Below are positions 9,538-18,288 of a stretch of DNA of 50,497 nt, in pieces (positions within the stretch are counted from its first letter, which is position 1; each line of letters starts with the position of its first letter). Below the pieces are notes generated by a model. It saw only the letters and a program-made list of their open reading frames with translations. It searched no databases and was not told where the DNA came from. Both the position numbers and the translations under genes were made by a program. Origin of the DNA: Candidatus Nomurabacteria bacterium (GTDB taxonomy: Bacteria; Patescibacteriota; Minisyncoccia; Phycocordibacterales; UBA2100); contig CALRFU010000006.1 of the NCBI GenBank assembly GCA_943356775.1, positions 1 through 50,497 on the forward strand. Direction: 5' to 3'.

Positions 9538-10517
9538 AGGCTGAAATTGTTTATCGAGTAGAGATCGTCTTCTTCTTTCTTTTCTTTCGCTGCCGCTTCC
9601 ACTGAGGCCGGCTCACCTGACGCGGTGTCCGGTAAAGAAGCCGGCGCCTCTTCCCCGCTCTGCGGCATCACGGTGGCAGACGCCATCGCTTCACGTTCTT
9701 TTGAGAGCATCGAACGGATGTGTGCGAGGTCCTCCACGGAGAAAAAATCAATGAGCACTTTCCCTCCCTGATCTTTCTTTTCAATACGTACGCGAGTGCC
9801 CAATTGCTCCGTCAGCTCACGTTCCAAGAGAAGGAGTTCCGGAGTGAGGTCGGTCTTGCGGACACGCTCGACGGCGACGCGACGCGCCAATTGCTCTGAA
9901 TCACGTACGGTCAGACGCTTGGTGATAATCTCTTTAAAGAGCACTTTTTGTTCCTCGGTCCTGTCCATAAGCATGAGGAGCGGGCGTGTGTGCCCTTCGG
10001 TAATTTCTCCCGCCCCGAGCGCATCGCGCATGTCTTGCGGAAGCATCAAAATGCGGAGTGTATTGGAAACGTATTCGCGGCTTTTCCCGACACGCTTCCC
10101 GACCTCGATGTGCTTGAGTCCGAATTCTTTGGTCAGCCGCTCAAAGGCAAGCGCCCGGTCGACGACGTTGAGATCCTCGCGCTGCAAGTTTTCTATGATG
10201 GCGAGCTCAAGCTTCATCCGGTCCGAATCCTCTCCGGTACGGATGACCGCAGGGACTTGGAGGAGTCCCGCGAGCCTGGCCGCACGTAATCGCCGCTCTC
10301 CCGCGATAAGTTCGTACTCGACATAAATCCCCTCTTCAGGCCGCTCAATCTCCTTGCGTGTAACCGTGAGCGGCTGCAAGACGCCGTACTGCCGGATTGA
10401 TTCGGCCAATGAGAGAAGTGCGGCCTCGTCGAAAGTCTTGCGCGGTTGAAACGGATTCGGCTTTATCCGATCGACCTCTACCCAAAAGATAGAGTCGCCT
10501 TGATACTGGCTTTGCAT
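9534..10517 (-). CDS. parB: ParB/Spo0J chromosome partitioning protein
   Basis: IKPNPFQPRKTF, YGVLQPL, LIAGERRLRAA, AIIENLQREDLN, and an HTH (VGKSREYVSN). Confidence 0.95.
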   Translation of the reverse strand: MQSQYQGDSIFWVEVDRIKPNPFQPRKTFDEAALLSLAESIRQYGVLQPLTVTRKEIERPEEGIYVEYELIAGERRLRAARLAGLLQVPAVIRTGEDSDRMKLELAIIENLQREDLNVVDRALAFERLTKEFGLKHIEVGKRVGKSREYVSNTLRILMLPQDMRDALGAGEITEGHTRPLLMLMDRTEEQKVLFKEIITKRLTVRDSEQLARRVAVERVRKTDLTPELLLLERELTEQLGTRVRIEKKDQGGKVLIDFFSVEDLAHIRSMLSKEREAMASATVMPQSGEEAPASLPDTASGEPASVEAAAKEKKEEDDLYSINNFSL

Positions 10518-10586
10518 CGGGAAATTATATCATCCTCTTTTTACATTGCTGGAGGTTCAGGCAGGGATACGGTACCATTCAAAATC

Positions 10587-11900
10587 ATGCAGATAAAAAA
10601 GATTGTCCGAGGGCTGATGTCTGAGCGACTGCTTTCTGTATACCACTATCTATTGGCCCTCGCGGCAGCGATACGATACGGCTTTCCCTCCCGCCAGATA
10701 GTCGTCATCGGGGTCACGGGGACGAAGGGGAAGACTTCTACCGCCAACTACATGTGGTCATGTCTCACCGCTGGCGGCTTCGAGACCGGCATCATCACAA
10801 CCGCAAATGTACGCATTGGGGAACGTGAAGTTGTAAACGCATTTCACATGACGATGCCGAGCCCTTTTATCATCCAGCGTCTCTTGCGCCAAATGGTCAC
10901 TGCTTCGTGCTCGCACTGCATTATCGAGACAACATCCGAGGGTCTTAAGCAGCATCGAAATGTCGGTATTCAATACGATACCGGCGTCTTTACAAATCTT
11001 TTTCCTGAGCACTTACCTTCTCACGGAGGGAGCTTCGATACCTACAAACAAATGAAGGGGCGGATGTTTGCCGCACTCAGCGCACATCCTCACAAAATCC
11101 TCGACCGCAAACCGGTACAGAAGGTCATTATTGCGAATGCGGTAAGCGAACATGCTCCGTACTTCCTGGCCTTCCCCGCCGACCGCAAAATGACGTTCGC
11201 CGTTGAAAAGGAAGCCGACCTTACGGCGACGCACGTACAATCGAGTAGTTCAGGAGTTATATTCCATGTCGGCGATGCGACATTCCGGCTCAGCATACCG
11301 GGAGCATTCAACGTATCAAATGCGCTCCCCGCCATACTCATTTCCCGGCTGGCGGGTATTGATGATGCTTCAATCGCCCGCGGACTCTCTTCGCTCTCAC
11401 TCATCCCCGGAAGAATGGAACGTATTGAAGAAGGGCAAACATTCACCGTATTTGTCGACTATGCGCACGAGGGAGAGAGCATGCGTAATGTCCTGGAGAC
11501 TGCCGCGGCGATGCGCGCACCCGGCGGCAAAATTATCGTCTTGCTCGGAGCAGAAGGAGGCGGGAGAGATAAAGCCAAGCGCCCTATCATGGGCACGCTC
11601 GTGGGCAACATGGCGGATTACGTCGTCGTTTCCAACGTCGACCCATACGACGATGACCCGCAAGAAATACTTGAAGAAATCGCAGAGGCGGCGGAAAAAG
11701 CAGGCAAGGCACGTGACACAAATTTGTTCGTTATCGAGGATAGACGTGCGGGCATAGAAAAAGCCTTTTCGCTCGCACAAGCGGGAGATATCGTCCTCAT
11801 CACCGGCAAAGGCGCAGAACAATCAATGGTAGTAGGGGGCAGAAGCTTTCCTTGGGACGACCGGGTGGTCGTGCGGGAAGAGCTCGGGAAATTGAGCTAG
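10587..11900 (+). CDS. murE: UDP-N-acetylmuramoyl-tripeptide synthetase (MurE-type Mur ligase)
   Basis: GVTGTKGKTST, HMTMP, ETTSEG, FTNLFPEHL, IPGRME, VDYAH and ITGKG. Start moved from 10446 to ATG 10587, which avoids the parB overlap and has TACCAT 8 nt upstream. Confidence 0.88.
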   Translation: MQIKKIVRGLMSERLLSVYHYLLALAAAIRYGFPSRQIVVIGVTGTKGKTSTANYMWSCLTAGGFETGIITTANVRIGEREVVNAFHMTMPSPFIIQRLLRQMVTASCSHCIIETTSEGLKQHRNVGIQYDTGVFTNLFPEHLPSHGGSFDTYKQMKGRMFAALSAHPHKILDRKPVQKVIIANAVSEHAPYFLAFPADRKMTFAVEKEADLTATHVQSSSSGVIFHVGDATFRLSIPGAFNVSNALPAILISRLAGIDDASIARGLSSLSLIPGRMERIEEGQTFTVFVDYAHEGESMRNVLETAAAMRAPGGKIIVLLGAEGGGRDKAKRPIMGTLVGNMADYVVVSNVDPYDDDPQEILEEIAEAAEKAGKARDTNLFVIEDRRAGIEKAFSLAQAGDIVLITGKGAEQSMVVGGRSFPWDDRVVVREELGKLS

Positions 11901-11903
11901 TTG

Positions 11904-11927
11904 ATTTTGTGCCGGAGGAAGGACTCG
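11904..11927 (-). repeat. Duplicated 3' end of tRNA-Leu(CAA)
   Basis: ATTTTGTGCCGGAGGAAGGACTCG matches 12078..12101 at 23 of 24 positions, starting at the CGA of the T-loop. Confidence 0.9.
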
Positions 11928-12083
11928 GCCAAGAACACTTTTTGTCGCCGTCGCGCCAAAAAGTTTCTCGGCCCTGCTCGCCCATCCCCATCTACTGATG
12001 GGGCCCCAGCACTCGCTTTCTCATCCCTCCCCGGCAGAAATCAGTAAAAGACCAGAGACATGCTCTGGCCTCAACTAATTTTG

Positions 12084-12164
12084 TGCCGGAGGAGGGACTC
12101 GAACCCTCATCCCTTGCGAGACACGATTTTGAGTCGTGCGCGTATACCATTCCGCCACTCCGGC
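12084..12164 (-). tRNA. tRNA-Leu(CAA)
   Basis: GCCGGAG/TCCGGC acceptor, CACGA-CT-CAA-AA-TCGTG anticodon arm, long variable arm, GGTTCGAGTCC; no encoded CCA. Confidence 0.95.
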
Positions 12165-12205
12165 CTCGCCCTTCGAAGCTCAATAGAGCGAAGTAGGGCA
12201 ACGCC

Positions 12206-12574
12206 TTATGATACTTCGTTCCGACCGAACATCCAATATCTGTTCCGTGCGATGAGCCAGTACCCAACATCAAGAGCCTGTTTTAATAGTGGTAATCCGC
12301 CAATCCGCGCGCACCATCTCCACCTCGGATACTCGGCCAGAATGCGCAGAAAAGCTTCTGAGCCCACGTACTTCCTTCCTGCTTCGTCAACGACGTGAAT
12401 ATGCTTCATGGCGGCATCGTAAGAAACACCGGCTGGCAGTGACTCTTTGGTAGCGTCCACGCCCTGAAAGGCACCGGCTCGTGACGAAGTACTCAATTTA
12501 TCCATGACACCCGTGCACATTCGACAGGTACCATCATAATAGATATGGAGTTTACTTGGCGTTGTCGTATCCAT
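12206..12574 (-). CDS. DCC1-like thiol-disulfide oxidoreductase (DUF393)
   Basis: IYYDGTCRMC (DGxCxxC) and YWLIARNRY motifs. Start trimmed to ATG 12574 because the longer ORF overlaps miaA. Confidence 0.85.
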   Translation of the reverse strand: MDTTTPSKLHIYYDGTCRMCTGVMDKLSTSSRAGAFQGVDATKESLPAGVSYDAAMKHIHVVDEAGRKYVGSEAFLRILAEYPRWRWCARIGGLPLLKQALDVGYWLIARNRYWMFGRNEVS

Positions 12575-12598
12575 GACACTATTGTACTCTGATTCGCT

Positions 12599-13498
12599 AT
12601 GAAGCTTAAGGTGCTGGTGATTCTCGGTCCTACCTCTTCGGGCAAAAGCGCCTTGGCAGTCGAGCTGGCTAGCAAATTCAACGGTGAGGTCATCTCCGCA
12701 GACTCGAGACAGGTGTATCGAGGGCTTACCATCGGCACGGGGAAGATTACAAAGCGTGAAATGAAAGGCGTGCCGCATCACCTGCTCGATGTCGCGTCCC
12801 CAAAGAGGAAATTTAGTGCGGACGACTACATACGGCACGCACGGGCTGCGATACAAGATATCTCATCACGAGGCAAGCTCCCGATAGTGGCTGGCGGTAC
12901 GGGCTTCTACATCGATGCGCTTGTTGGTCGCATTAGCCTTCCAAACGTTCCTCCAAATCCCGCGTTCCGCCGCATACATAATAACTCAACGACCGTCGAG
13001 TTATTATGTATGCTGGAAAAATCTGATCCAGAGCGTGCGAAAACAATTGAGCCCAATAATAAGAGGCGTCTTATTCGCGCACTTGAGATTGCTCTCGCTC
13101 TCGGCAAAAATCCTGCGCCAAAGAGTACTCTTGAATATGATGTGTTGTGGGTGGGTATTGATCCGCCCATGAAAGATCTGGAGAAAAAGATAACTCTCCG
13201 CTTATTGGCGCGAATTAAGCAGGGTATGGTCAGGGAGGCGAAGCGGCTGCACGCAGATGGGCTTTCGTACAAACGGATGGATGAGCTCGGACTCGAATAC
13301 CGTTCCCTCACTCGCCTTCTCCAAGGACAAACAACTCGCCCGCAAATGATTGAAGAACTCAACCGCGCTATTCGTAAGTACGCGATACGACAAATACGCT
13401 ACTGGAAGCGCAACAAGGAAATTCAATGGTTGGAGAAACCGAACGTACAGACTATCTCAAAGAAAATTCGTGCGTTGCTTGGAACGGAGAACTCTTAA
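12599..13498 (+). CDS. miaA: tRNA dimethylallyltransferase
   Basis: ILGPTSSGKS, ISADSRQVY, VPHHLLD, GGTGFY, RRLIRALE and YAIRQ. Confidence 0.96.
   Translation: MKLKVLVILGPTSSGKSALAVELASKFNGEVISADSRQVYRGLTIGTGKITKREMKGVPHHLLDVASPKRKFSADDYIRHARAAIQDISSRGKLPIVAGGTGFYIDALVGRISLPNVPPNPAFRRIHNNSTTVELLCMLEKSDPERAKTIEPNNKRRLIRALEIALALGKNPAPKSTLEYDVLWVGIDPPMKDLEKKITLRLLARIKQGMVREAKRLHADGLSYKRMDELGLEYRSLTRLLQGQTTRPQMIEELNRAIRKYAIRQIRYWKRNKEIQWLEKPNVQTISKKIRALLGTENS
12972..13013. repeat. Perfect 16-bp inverted repeat inside miaA
   Basis: GCATACATAATAACTC-10 nt-GAGTTATTATGTATGC. Confidence 0.95.
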
Positions 13499-14163
13499 CA
13501 GGCGTGGAGCATCTTCTTGGTCGTAACGCCATCCAGAAAGGAAAGGAGCGCATCACATGTGGCGCGAACCGATGCGAGAACAACCTTCTCATCAGAAGCT
13601 GACACATGACCGTCCAACATTTCGTGCCATGACCTATCCGTGCGGGAATGCGTGGTGAAGAACTGAAGCGCTTTCTCGCTGGTGATGCCGTATAACTTTT
13701 TCAGTCCGTCTTCTTTGGTAGAAGCGACTTCTGCAATCTGGTGTTTGTAGGCGGTCAGAGCTGCGAGACCCTTATTGATATCGGTGCTGCTCGTGAGACT
13801 AAGGAGCGTGTCTACTGCTTTCTTGGTACCCGCATTGGCTTTCGATAGTTTCAAATTCTTCTCTGTAAGTCCTAATGATTCGGAAAAGGTGACAAGCTGC
13901 CCAAGATGATTATTGGTTCCCTCCTCCTCGCCTCGAAGATTTGTCAGCATTGTCTGACGCATCGCAGCATCCTTGGTGTGGCTGTGTATACCACTCATGA
14001 AGCGCGGGAATGCGCCCTCAAGGTGATAATACTGTTTCATGTATTCTCGCAAATCGCTTTTGGTAAGCTTTCCCATAAGCCAATACTTGTAGAACGGATG
14101 TTTGAGCATCGACTTCTCTGTCACGATGGCGTGAATTTTCTCAAAGAGTTTTTTATTTTTCAT
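13495..14163 (-). CDS. CADD/PqqC/TenA-like haem-oxygenase-fold protein
   Basis: LKHPFYKYW...GKLT...YMKQYY...FPRFMS...NLRGEEEGTNNH...TKEDGLKKLYG...FFTTH resembles Chlamydia CADD (CT610). Confidence 0.8.
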   Translation of the reverse strand: MKNKKLFEKIHAIVTEKSMLKHPFYKYWLMGKLTKSDLREYMKQYYHLEGAFPRFMSGIHSHTKDAAMRQTMLTNLRGEEEGTNNHLGQLVTFSESLGLTEKNLKLSKANAGTKKAVDTLLSLTSSTDINKGLAALTAYKHQIAEVASTKEDGLKKLYGITSEKALQFFTTHSRTDRSWHEMLDGHVSASDEKVVLASVRATCDALLSFLDGVTTKKMLHAC

Positions 14164-14260
14164 AAAATATCAAAGCTATCCAGTAATGCTCCAATTCTAG
14201 CATCCAAATAGACTTTCTCAACAAGTAAATAGACGCGTGTTCATTCGCACTTCGTTTCTG

Positions 14261-14347
14261 GCGGGCCCACTAGGAATCGCCTCTCGCTCTGCTGAGCTCG
14301 AAACCTTCGCCCCCTCTTCGGGGGCTGCGGCCCGCGGTTCGATTCCT
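14261..14347 (-). mobile_element. tRNA-linked structured element downstream of tRNA-Trp
   Basis: 19-bp tRNA 3' duplicate (14261..14279 = 14375..14393), a 62-bp core identical to 15288..15349, and an inverted T-loop copy at 14336..14347. Confidence 0.7.
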
Positions 14348-14375
14348 GCGGTCTCCTCACTCACTCCGTTCGTTG

Positions 14376-14446
14376 CGGGCCCACTAGGAATCGAACCTAG
14401 GTCTGCTCTTTTGGAGAGAGATATTCTACCATTGAACTATGGACCC
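14376..14446 (-). tRNA. tRNA-Trp(CCA)
   Basis: GGGTCCA/TGGGCCC acceptor, CT-CCA-AA loop, CTAGG-TTCGATT-CCTAG T-arm. Confidence 0.93.
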
Positions 14447-14520
14447 TTGTCTTCCCGGCTTTCCGGTCCGCTAAGTATAGAGCCGCAAATGAGAATTAGA
14501 AAGTCTCCGGCTCCAAACTC

Positions 14521-14679
14521 TTATTTCTTAGCCTCCTTGTGCTTGGTATGAGCTTTACACCATTTGCAGTACTTCTTGAGCTCAATTTTGCGCGTGACAA
14601 GCTTCCGGTTCTTGCGAGACCAGTAGTTGACGCGGTTACACTTCGAACACGCGAGTCTGAAAAGTTGATCCTGTGACAT
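14521..14679 (-). CDS. rpmG: 50S ribosomal protein bL33, zinc-ribbon form
   Basis: MSQDQLFRLACSKCNRVNYWSRKN...IELKKYCKWCKAHTKHKE; start trimmed to ATG 14679. Confidence 0.95.
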   Translation of the reverse strand: MSQDQLFRLACSKCNRVNYWSRKNRKLVTRKIELKKYCKWCKAHTKHKEAKK

Positions 14680-14688
14680 GGGCGACAC

Positions 14689-14732
14689 TATACCACCACA
14701 CCAACCTTCAAGCAAAGTTGTGTGGTGGTATA
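14689..14732. promoter_or_regulatory. Hairpin overlapping the putative rpmG -10 box
   Basis: TATACCACCACA/TGTGGTGGTATA 12-bp stem plus CAAC/GTTG; minus-strand TATAGT at 14687..14692 lies 7 nt before the ATG. Confidence 0.55.
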
Positions 14733-14755
14733 CAGAAAGCCCAGCAATTACGCAA

Positions 14756-15196
14756 CTATACGAACGCAGAGGTGTGCTGTATAAAAAGTTGGCAAATCTT
14801 ATTCCAGGGTCCGAAACTCCCGCCATCGCCCACCAATGTCCTCATGAGGGTATCCACCACAAGCCACCCGGCAAGAATGATTACGAGACCGACGGCGACA
14901 TTCATGAATATCTCTTTTGCCCGCGATATCTCACCACCCGCAACGCTCGTGAGATAGAGCCACCCTGCCCACGCGAAGAGCACCGCGGAGAGGAATACTG
15001 CGATGTAGATGCCAGTGTTGAGCACATTTTGCGCGACCGTCGCGAGGTCACAGACTGATTGGCATCCGCCGACATTATTACATGTCTCGGGCACAATCTG
15101 CCCGGGGAGCGCATTGGCGGCGAGCGCTATCGAGGGAGCAACAAAAAAGATAACTAGGAAGAGGGCAGCTATGCGAAGCGGTAGTCTGCGTACCAT
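14756..15196 (-). CDS. VirB2/TrbC-like pilin (CPR T4SS-pilin type)
   Basis: Signal-like N-terminus ending ALA, a Cys pair, and two hydrophobic helices joined by YLTSVAGGEISRAKEIF. Confidence 0.7.
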   Translation of the reverse strand: MVRRLPLRIAALFLVIFFVAPSIALAANALPGQIVPETCNNVGGCQSVCDLATVAQNVLNTGIYIAVFLSAVLFAWAGWLYLTSVAGGEISRAKEIFMNVAVGLVIILAGWLVVDTLMRTLVGDGGSFGPWNKICQLFIQHTSAFV

Positions 15197-15232
15197 GGAA
15201 TTAGTTTAGCATGGGAAAATCCCTTCTTGACG

Positions 15233-15261
15233 CAAAAAGCTCCCTTCGCGGGAGCTTTTTG
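15233..15261 (-). terminator. Intrinsic terminator
   Basis: CAAAAAGCTCCC-TTCGC-GGGAGCTTTTTG. Confidence 0.75.
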
Positions 15262-15353
15262 TATTGAGTGCGCCGGGTTGGATTCGGCTCTCGCTCTGCT
15301 GAGCTCGAAACCTTCGCCCCCTCTTCGGGGGCTGCGGCCCGCGGTTCGAATCC
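15254..15353 (-). mobile_element. tRNA-linked structured element downstream of tRNA-Tyr
   Basis: 33-bp exact duplicate (15254..15286 = 15388..15420), a 62-bp core identical to the tRNA-Trp element, and an inverted T-loop at 15343..15353. Confidence 0.7.
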
Positions 15354-15360
15354 CGATGCC

Positions 15361-15400
15361 CAATACAAAAAGCGCCTCGCTAGAGACGCTTTTTGTATTG
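15361..15400 (-). terminator. Intrinsic terminator after tRNA-Tyr
   Basis: CAATACAAAAAGCG...CGCTTTTTGTATTG, a 14-bp stem. Confidence 0.75.
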
Positions 15401-15402
15401 AG

Positions 15403-15485
15403 TGCGCCGGGTTGGATTCGAACCAACGAAGACCGGAGTCAATTGGTTTACAGCCAATCCCCTTTGACCGCTTGGGTACCGACGC
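15403..15485 (-). tRNA. tRNA-Tyr(GTA)
   Basis: GCGTCGG/CCGGCGC acceptor, ATTGG-CT-GTA-AA-CCAAT, long variable arm, GGTTCGAATCC. Confidence 0.95.
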
Positions 15486-15494
15486 AGACGAATA

Positions 15495-18206
15495 TTATGC
15501 ACTAACAGGGCTCTTTGCGCGAGAGCGTGCCCCCCGGTTTCTCTCGGGTCCCTTGCGGACATCGAACGAGAAGTCTCCTTTTCCGTCGGTTCCCGCCTTC
15601 ACATCAAAGTCTACCGACACCGAGCCACCCTCCAAGACACCTCGGGCAACCATCAGATTCGCGACTGGAGTGAGTATCTTTGTCTGAATGAGGCGCTTGA
15701 GCGGGCGAGCACCGTATTGCGGGCTGTAGCCTTCTTTTGCAAGATGTTCGATGGCCGCATCGGTGAAGGTGAGCGCGATATGCTTTTCCTCCAAACGCTT
15801 GGCCACGATATCCACCTGCATGCGTACGATGTCCATAATTGCACTTGTAGAAAGTATGTTGAAGAGGAGTATCTCATCGAGGCGGTTGAGGAATTCTGGT
15901 CGGAAGAATTCTTTGAGCGAGCCCATGACCTTATCCTTCACTTGGTCATACCGCTCGCCCTCGGTCTTTGAGAGGCCGCTCCCGAAACCCAAGCCTGACA
16001 TTTTGTCGATGTGCTCGGAGCCGATGTTGGAGGTCATGACAATGACGCTGTTCTTGAAATTGACCACCCGACCTTTCGCATCCGTCAGCCGGCCGTTGTC
16101 GAGAACCTGGAGCAATACATTGAACACTTCCGGATGTGCTTTTTCTATTTCGTCGAAGAGGACCACTGAATACGGACGATGGCGCACGAGCTCCGTGAGG
16201 CCTCCGCCTTCGTCGTGACCGACGTATCCGGGCGGGCTGCCGATCATTTTTGAGACGGAGTGTTTCTCCATGTATTCCGACATATCGACACGGATGAGTG
16301 ATTTGTCTGAGTTGAAGAGGAATTCTGCAAGAGAGCGTGTGAGCTCGGTCTTTCCGACTCCGGTCGGACCGAGGAAAAGGAACGAGCCGACAGGGCGGTT
16401 GGGATCTGAGATACCCGCGCGACTGCGCTTGATAGCATCGGAAACTTTCTGCACCGCCTCGTCCTGGCCGACGATGCGCTTTCTAAGCTCGATTTCCATG
16501 CGTGAGAGCTTCTCGGCTTCTTCTTCAAGCATTCGCGAGACAGGCACTCCCGTCCACCGGGAGACAACCGCGGCGATATCTTCTTCGGTAATTTCTTCTT
16601 TGAGAACCCGCCGAGTCTGCTGAAGCTTCTTCAGGCGCTTCTGCGCAGTTTCAATTTCTTTTTCAAGAAGCGGTATGGTGCCGTACCGGAGCTCTGCGGT
16701 CTTAGTGAAATCCGCGGCGGCCTCTGCCGCGTCTGCCACAATACGGGCCTGCTCGAGTTCGCCCTTGGCGCGCTTGATTTCTACGAGCGTATCTTTTTCA
16801 TTCTTCCATTTCATTTCGAGCTCGCGGGTGGAATCGCGTAAGTCGGCAATTTCTTTCTCGATAGTCTTTGTGCGTATGCGAGCCTTGCCGTCTTCGGCTT
16901 CAGATTCCTTCTTCAGTGCCTCGCGTTCTATTTCGAGACGTCGCACCTTTCGATGAGCCTCCTCTAAAATAGGCGGCTTGTTCTCAAGCGAGAGCCTGAG
17001 CGCAGAAGATGCTTCGTCGATGAGGTCGATGGCTTTATCCGGCAAGAACCGCTCGGTGATGTAGCGTGCCGAGAGCTGTACGGCCGCTACCATCGCATCA
17101 TCGGTGATGTGTACCCCGTGATAGAGCTCATAGCGCTCCTTGAGGCCGCGCAAAATGGCGACGGTATCATCGATTGAAGGTTCGTTGACATAGACAGGCT
17201 GGAAGCGGCGTGTGAGCGCCGCATCATGCTCGATATGCTTTTGGTACTCTTTGATAGTGGTTGCACCTATAACGCGGATATCGCCGCGGGCAAGGGCGGG
17301 CTTCAGCATGTTGGACGCATCCATAGAGCCTTCCGCGGCGCCGGCGCCTACGAGTGTGTGTATCTCGTCGATAAAAAGTATGATTTTCCCCTCGGAGCGC
17401 TCCACCTCCTTCATGACAGCCTTGAGTCGCTCTTCGAATTCACCGCGATATTTTGTACCCGCTATCAAAAGACCCAAATCGAGCTGGATGATTTCCTTCC
17501 CACGCAACGACTCGGGGACATCCGAAGCGGCGATACGCTGCGCCAGACCTTCGGCGACCGCAGTCTTGCCGACGCCGGCCTCTCCGATCAGTATCGGATT
17601 GTTTTTGGTACGACGCGAAAGAATCTGTATCACGCGCGTTATTTCGGTATCACGTCCGATGACGGGGTCGAGCTTGTTCTCGCGAGCACGCTCGGTGAGG
17701 GAACGCGCAAATTTCGCAAGCGCACGCGGCTTGGAAGGAGCATCGGTGTCGCGAATCTTCCCCTCCTTGATATCAGTGAGCACGCGTGCAAGAGCGGCAC
17801 GGTCAATGCGGAAGCGTGCAAGGACATCAGAGGCGGGTCCGGGATGTTCTACGATGCCGAGCAAAAGATGCTCAGGTGAGACAAATTGATCATTGAAAGA
17901 CGCCGCGATGCGGGGAGCCGCCTCGAAAACGCGTACGAGCTCCGGCGTGAGGTACAGCTGAAATGACGGCGAAACGGCAGTATTGCCCGAAGCACCCTCA
18001 ATTAATTCCAGAATGGAATCCGAGAGGTGCGACACATCAATCTCCCCCTGTTCAAGCATGGGTACCACCATCGTCTCTTCCTGCATCAGAAGAGCGGCAA
18101 AAAGGTGCAGCGTGGAAACCTGATTATGCCCCCGCTCCACGGCGAGCTGGTGAGAACGATGAATCGCCTCTTTCGCTTTTATAGTGTAATTGTTGAATGG
18201 TGCCAT
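15495..18206 (-). CDS. clpB: ATP-dependent chaperone ClpB
   Basis: Clp N-domain, GEAGVGKT and GPTGVGKT Walker A motifs, long coiled-coil middle domain, [18 protein letters not shown]. Confidence 0.93.
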   Translation of the reverse strand: MAPFNNYTIKAKEAIHRSHQLAVERGHNQVSTLHLFAALLMQEETMVVPMLEQGEIDVSHLSDSILELIEGASGNTAVSPSFQLYLTPELVRVFEAAPRIAASFNDQFVSPEHLLLGIVEHPGPASDVLARFRIDRAALARVLTDIKEGKIRDTDAPSKPRALAKFARSLTERARENKLDPVIGRDTEITRVIQILSRRTKNNPILIGEAGVGKTAVAEGLAQRIAASDVPESLRGKEIIQLDLGLLIAGTKYRGEFEERLKAVMKEVERSEGKIILFIDEIHTLVGAGAAEGSMDASNMLKPALARGDIRVIGATTIKEYQKHIEHDAALTRRFQPVYVNEPSIDDTVAILRGLKERYELYHGVHITDDAMVAAVQLSARYITERFLPDKAIDLIDEASSALRLSLENKPPILEEAHRKVRRLEIEREALKKESEAEDGKARIRTKTIEKEIADLRDSTRELEMKWKNEKDTLVEIKRAKGELEQARIVADAAEAAADFTKTAELRYGTIPLLEKEIETAQKRLKKLQQTRRVLKEEITEEDIAAVVSRWTGVPVSRMLEEEAEKLSRMEIELRKRIVGQDEAVQKVSDAIKRSRAGISDPNRPVGSFLFLGPTGVGKTELTRSLAEFLFNSDKSLIRVDMSEYMEKHSVSKMIGSPPGYVGHDEGGGLTELVRHRPYSVVLFDEIEKAHPEVFNVLLQVLDNGRLTDAKGRVVNFKNSVIVMTSNIGSEHIDKMSGLGFGSGLSKTEGERYDQVKDKVMGSLKEFFRPEFLNRLDEILLFNILSTSAIMDIVRMQVDIVAKRLEEKHIALTFTDAAIEHLAKEGYSPQYGARPLKRLIQTKILTPVANLMVARGVLEGGSVSVDFDVKAGTDGKGDFSFDVRKGPERNRGARSRAKSPVSA

Positions 18207-18288
18207 AGGAAAAAATTCTAGCTTCTCGATTTAAGATTACAGCAAAATCGCAAAAAATTCAAATGAAACGAAGGTGTATTTTTTGTGC

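Noticed and set aside
10446-10586. N-terminal extension of murE given by the ORF track
   Set aside because: It overlaps parB on the opposite strand, has no Mur-like sequence, and ATG 10587 has a -10 box at typical spacing.
15751-17889. Long plus-strand ORFs opposite clpB, and similar ones opposite gyrA, ftsZ, ftsA, rpsA and infB
   Set aside because: These are antisense shadow frames typical of GC-rich coding DNA, with no independent motifs.
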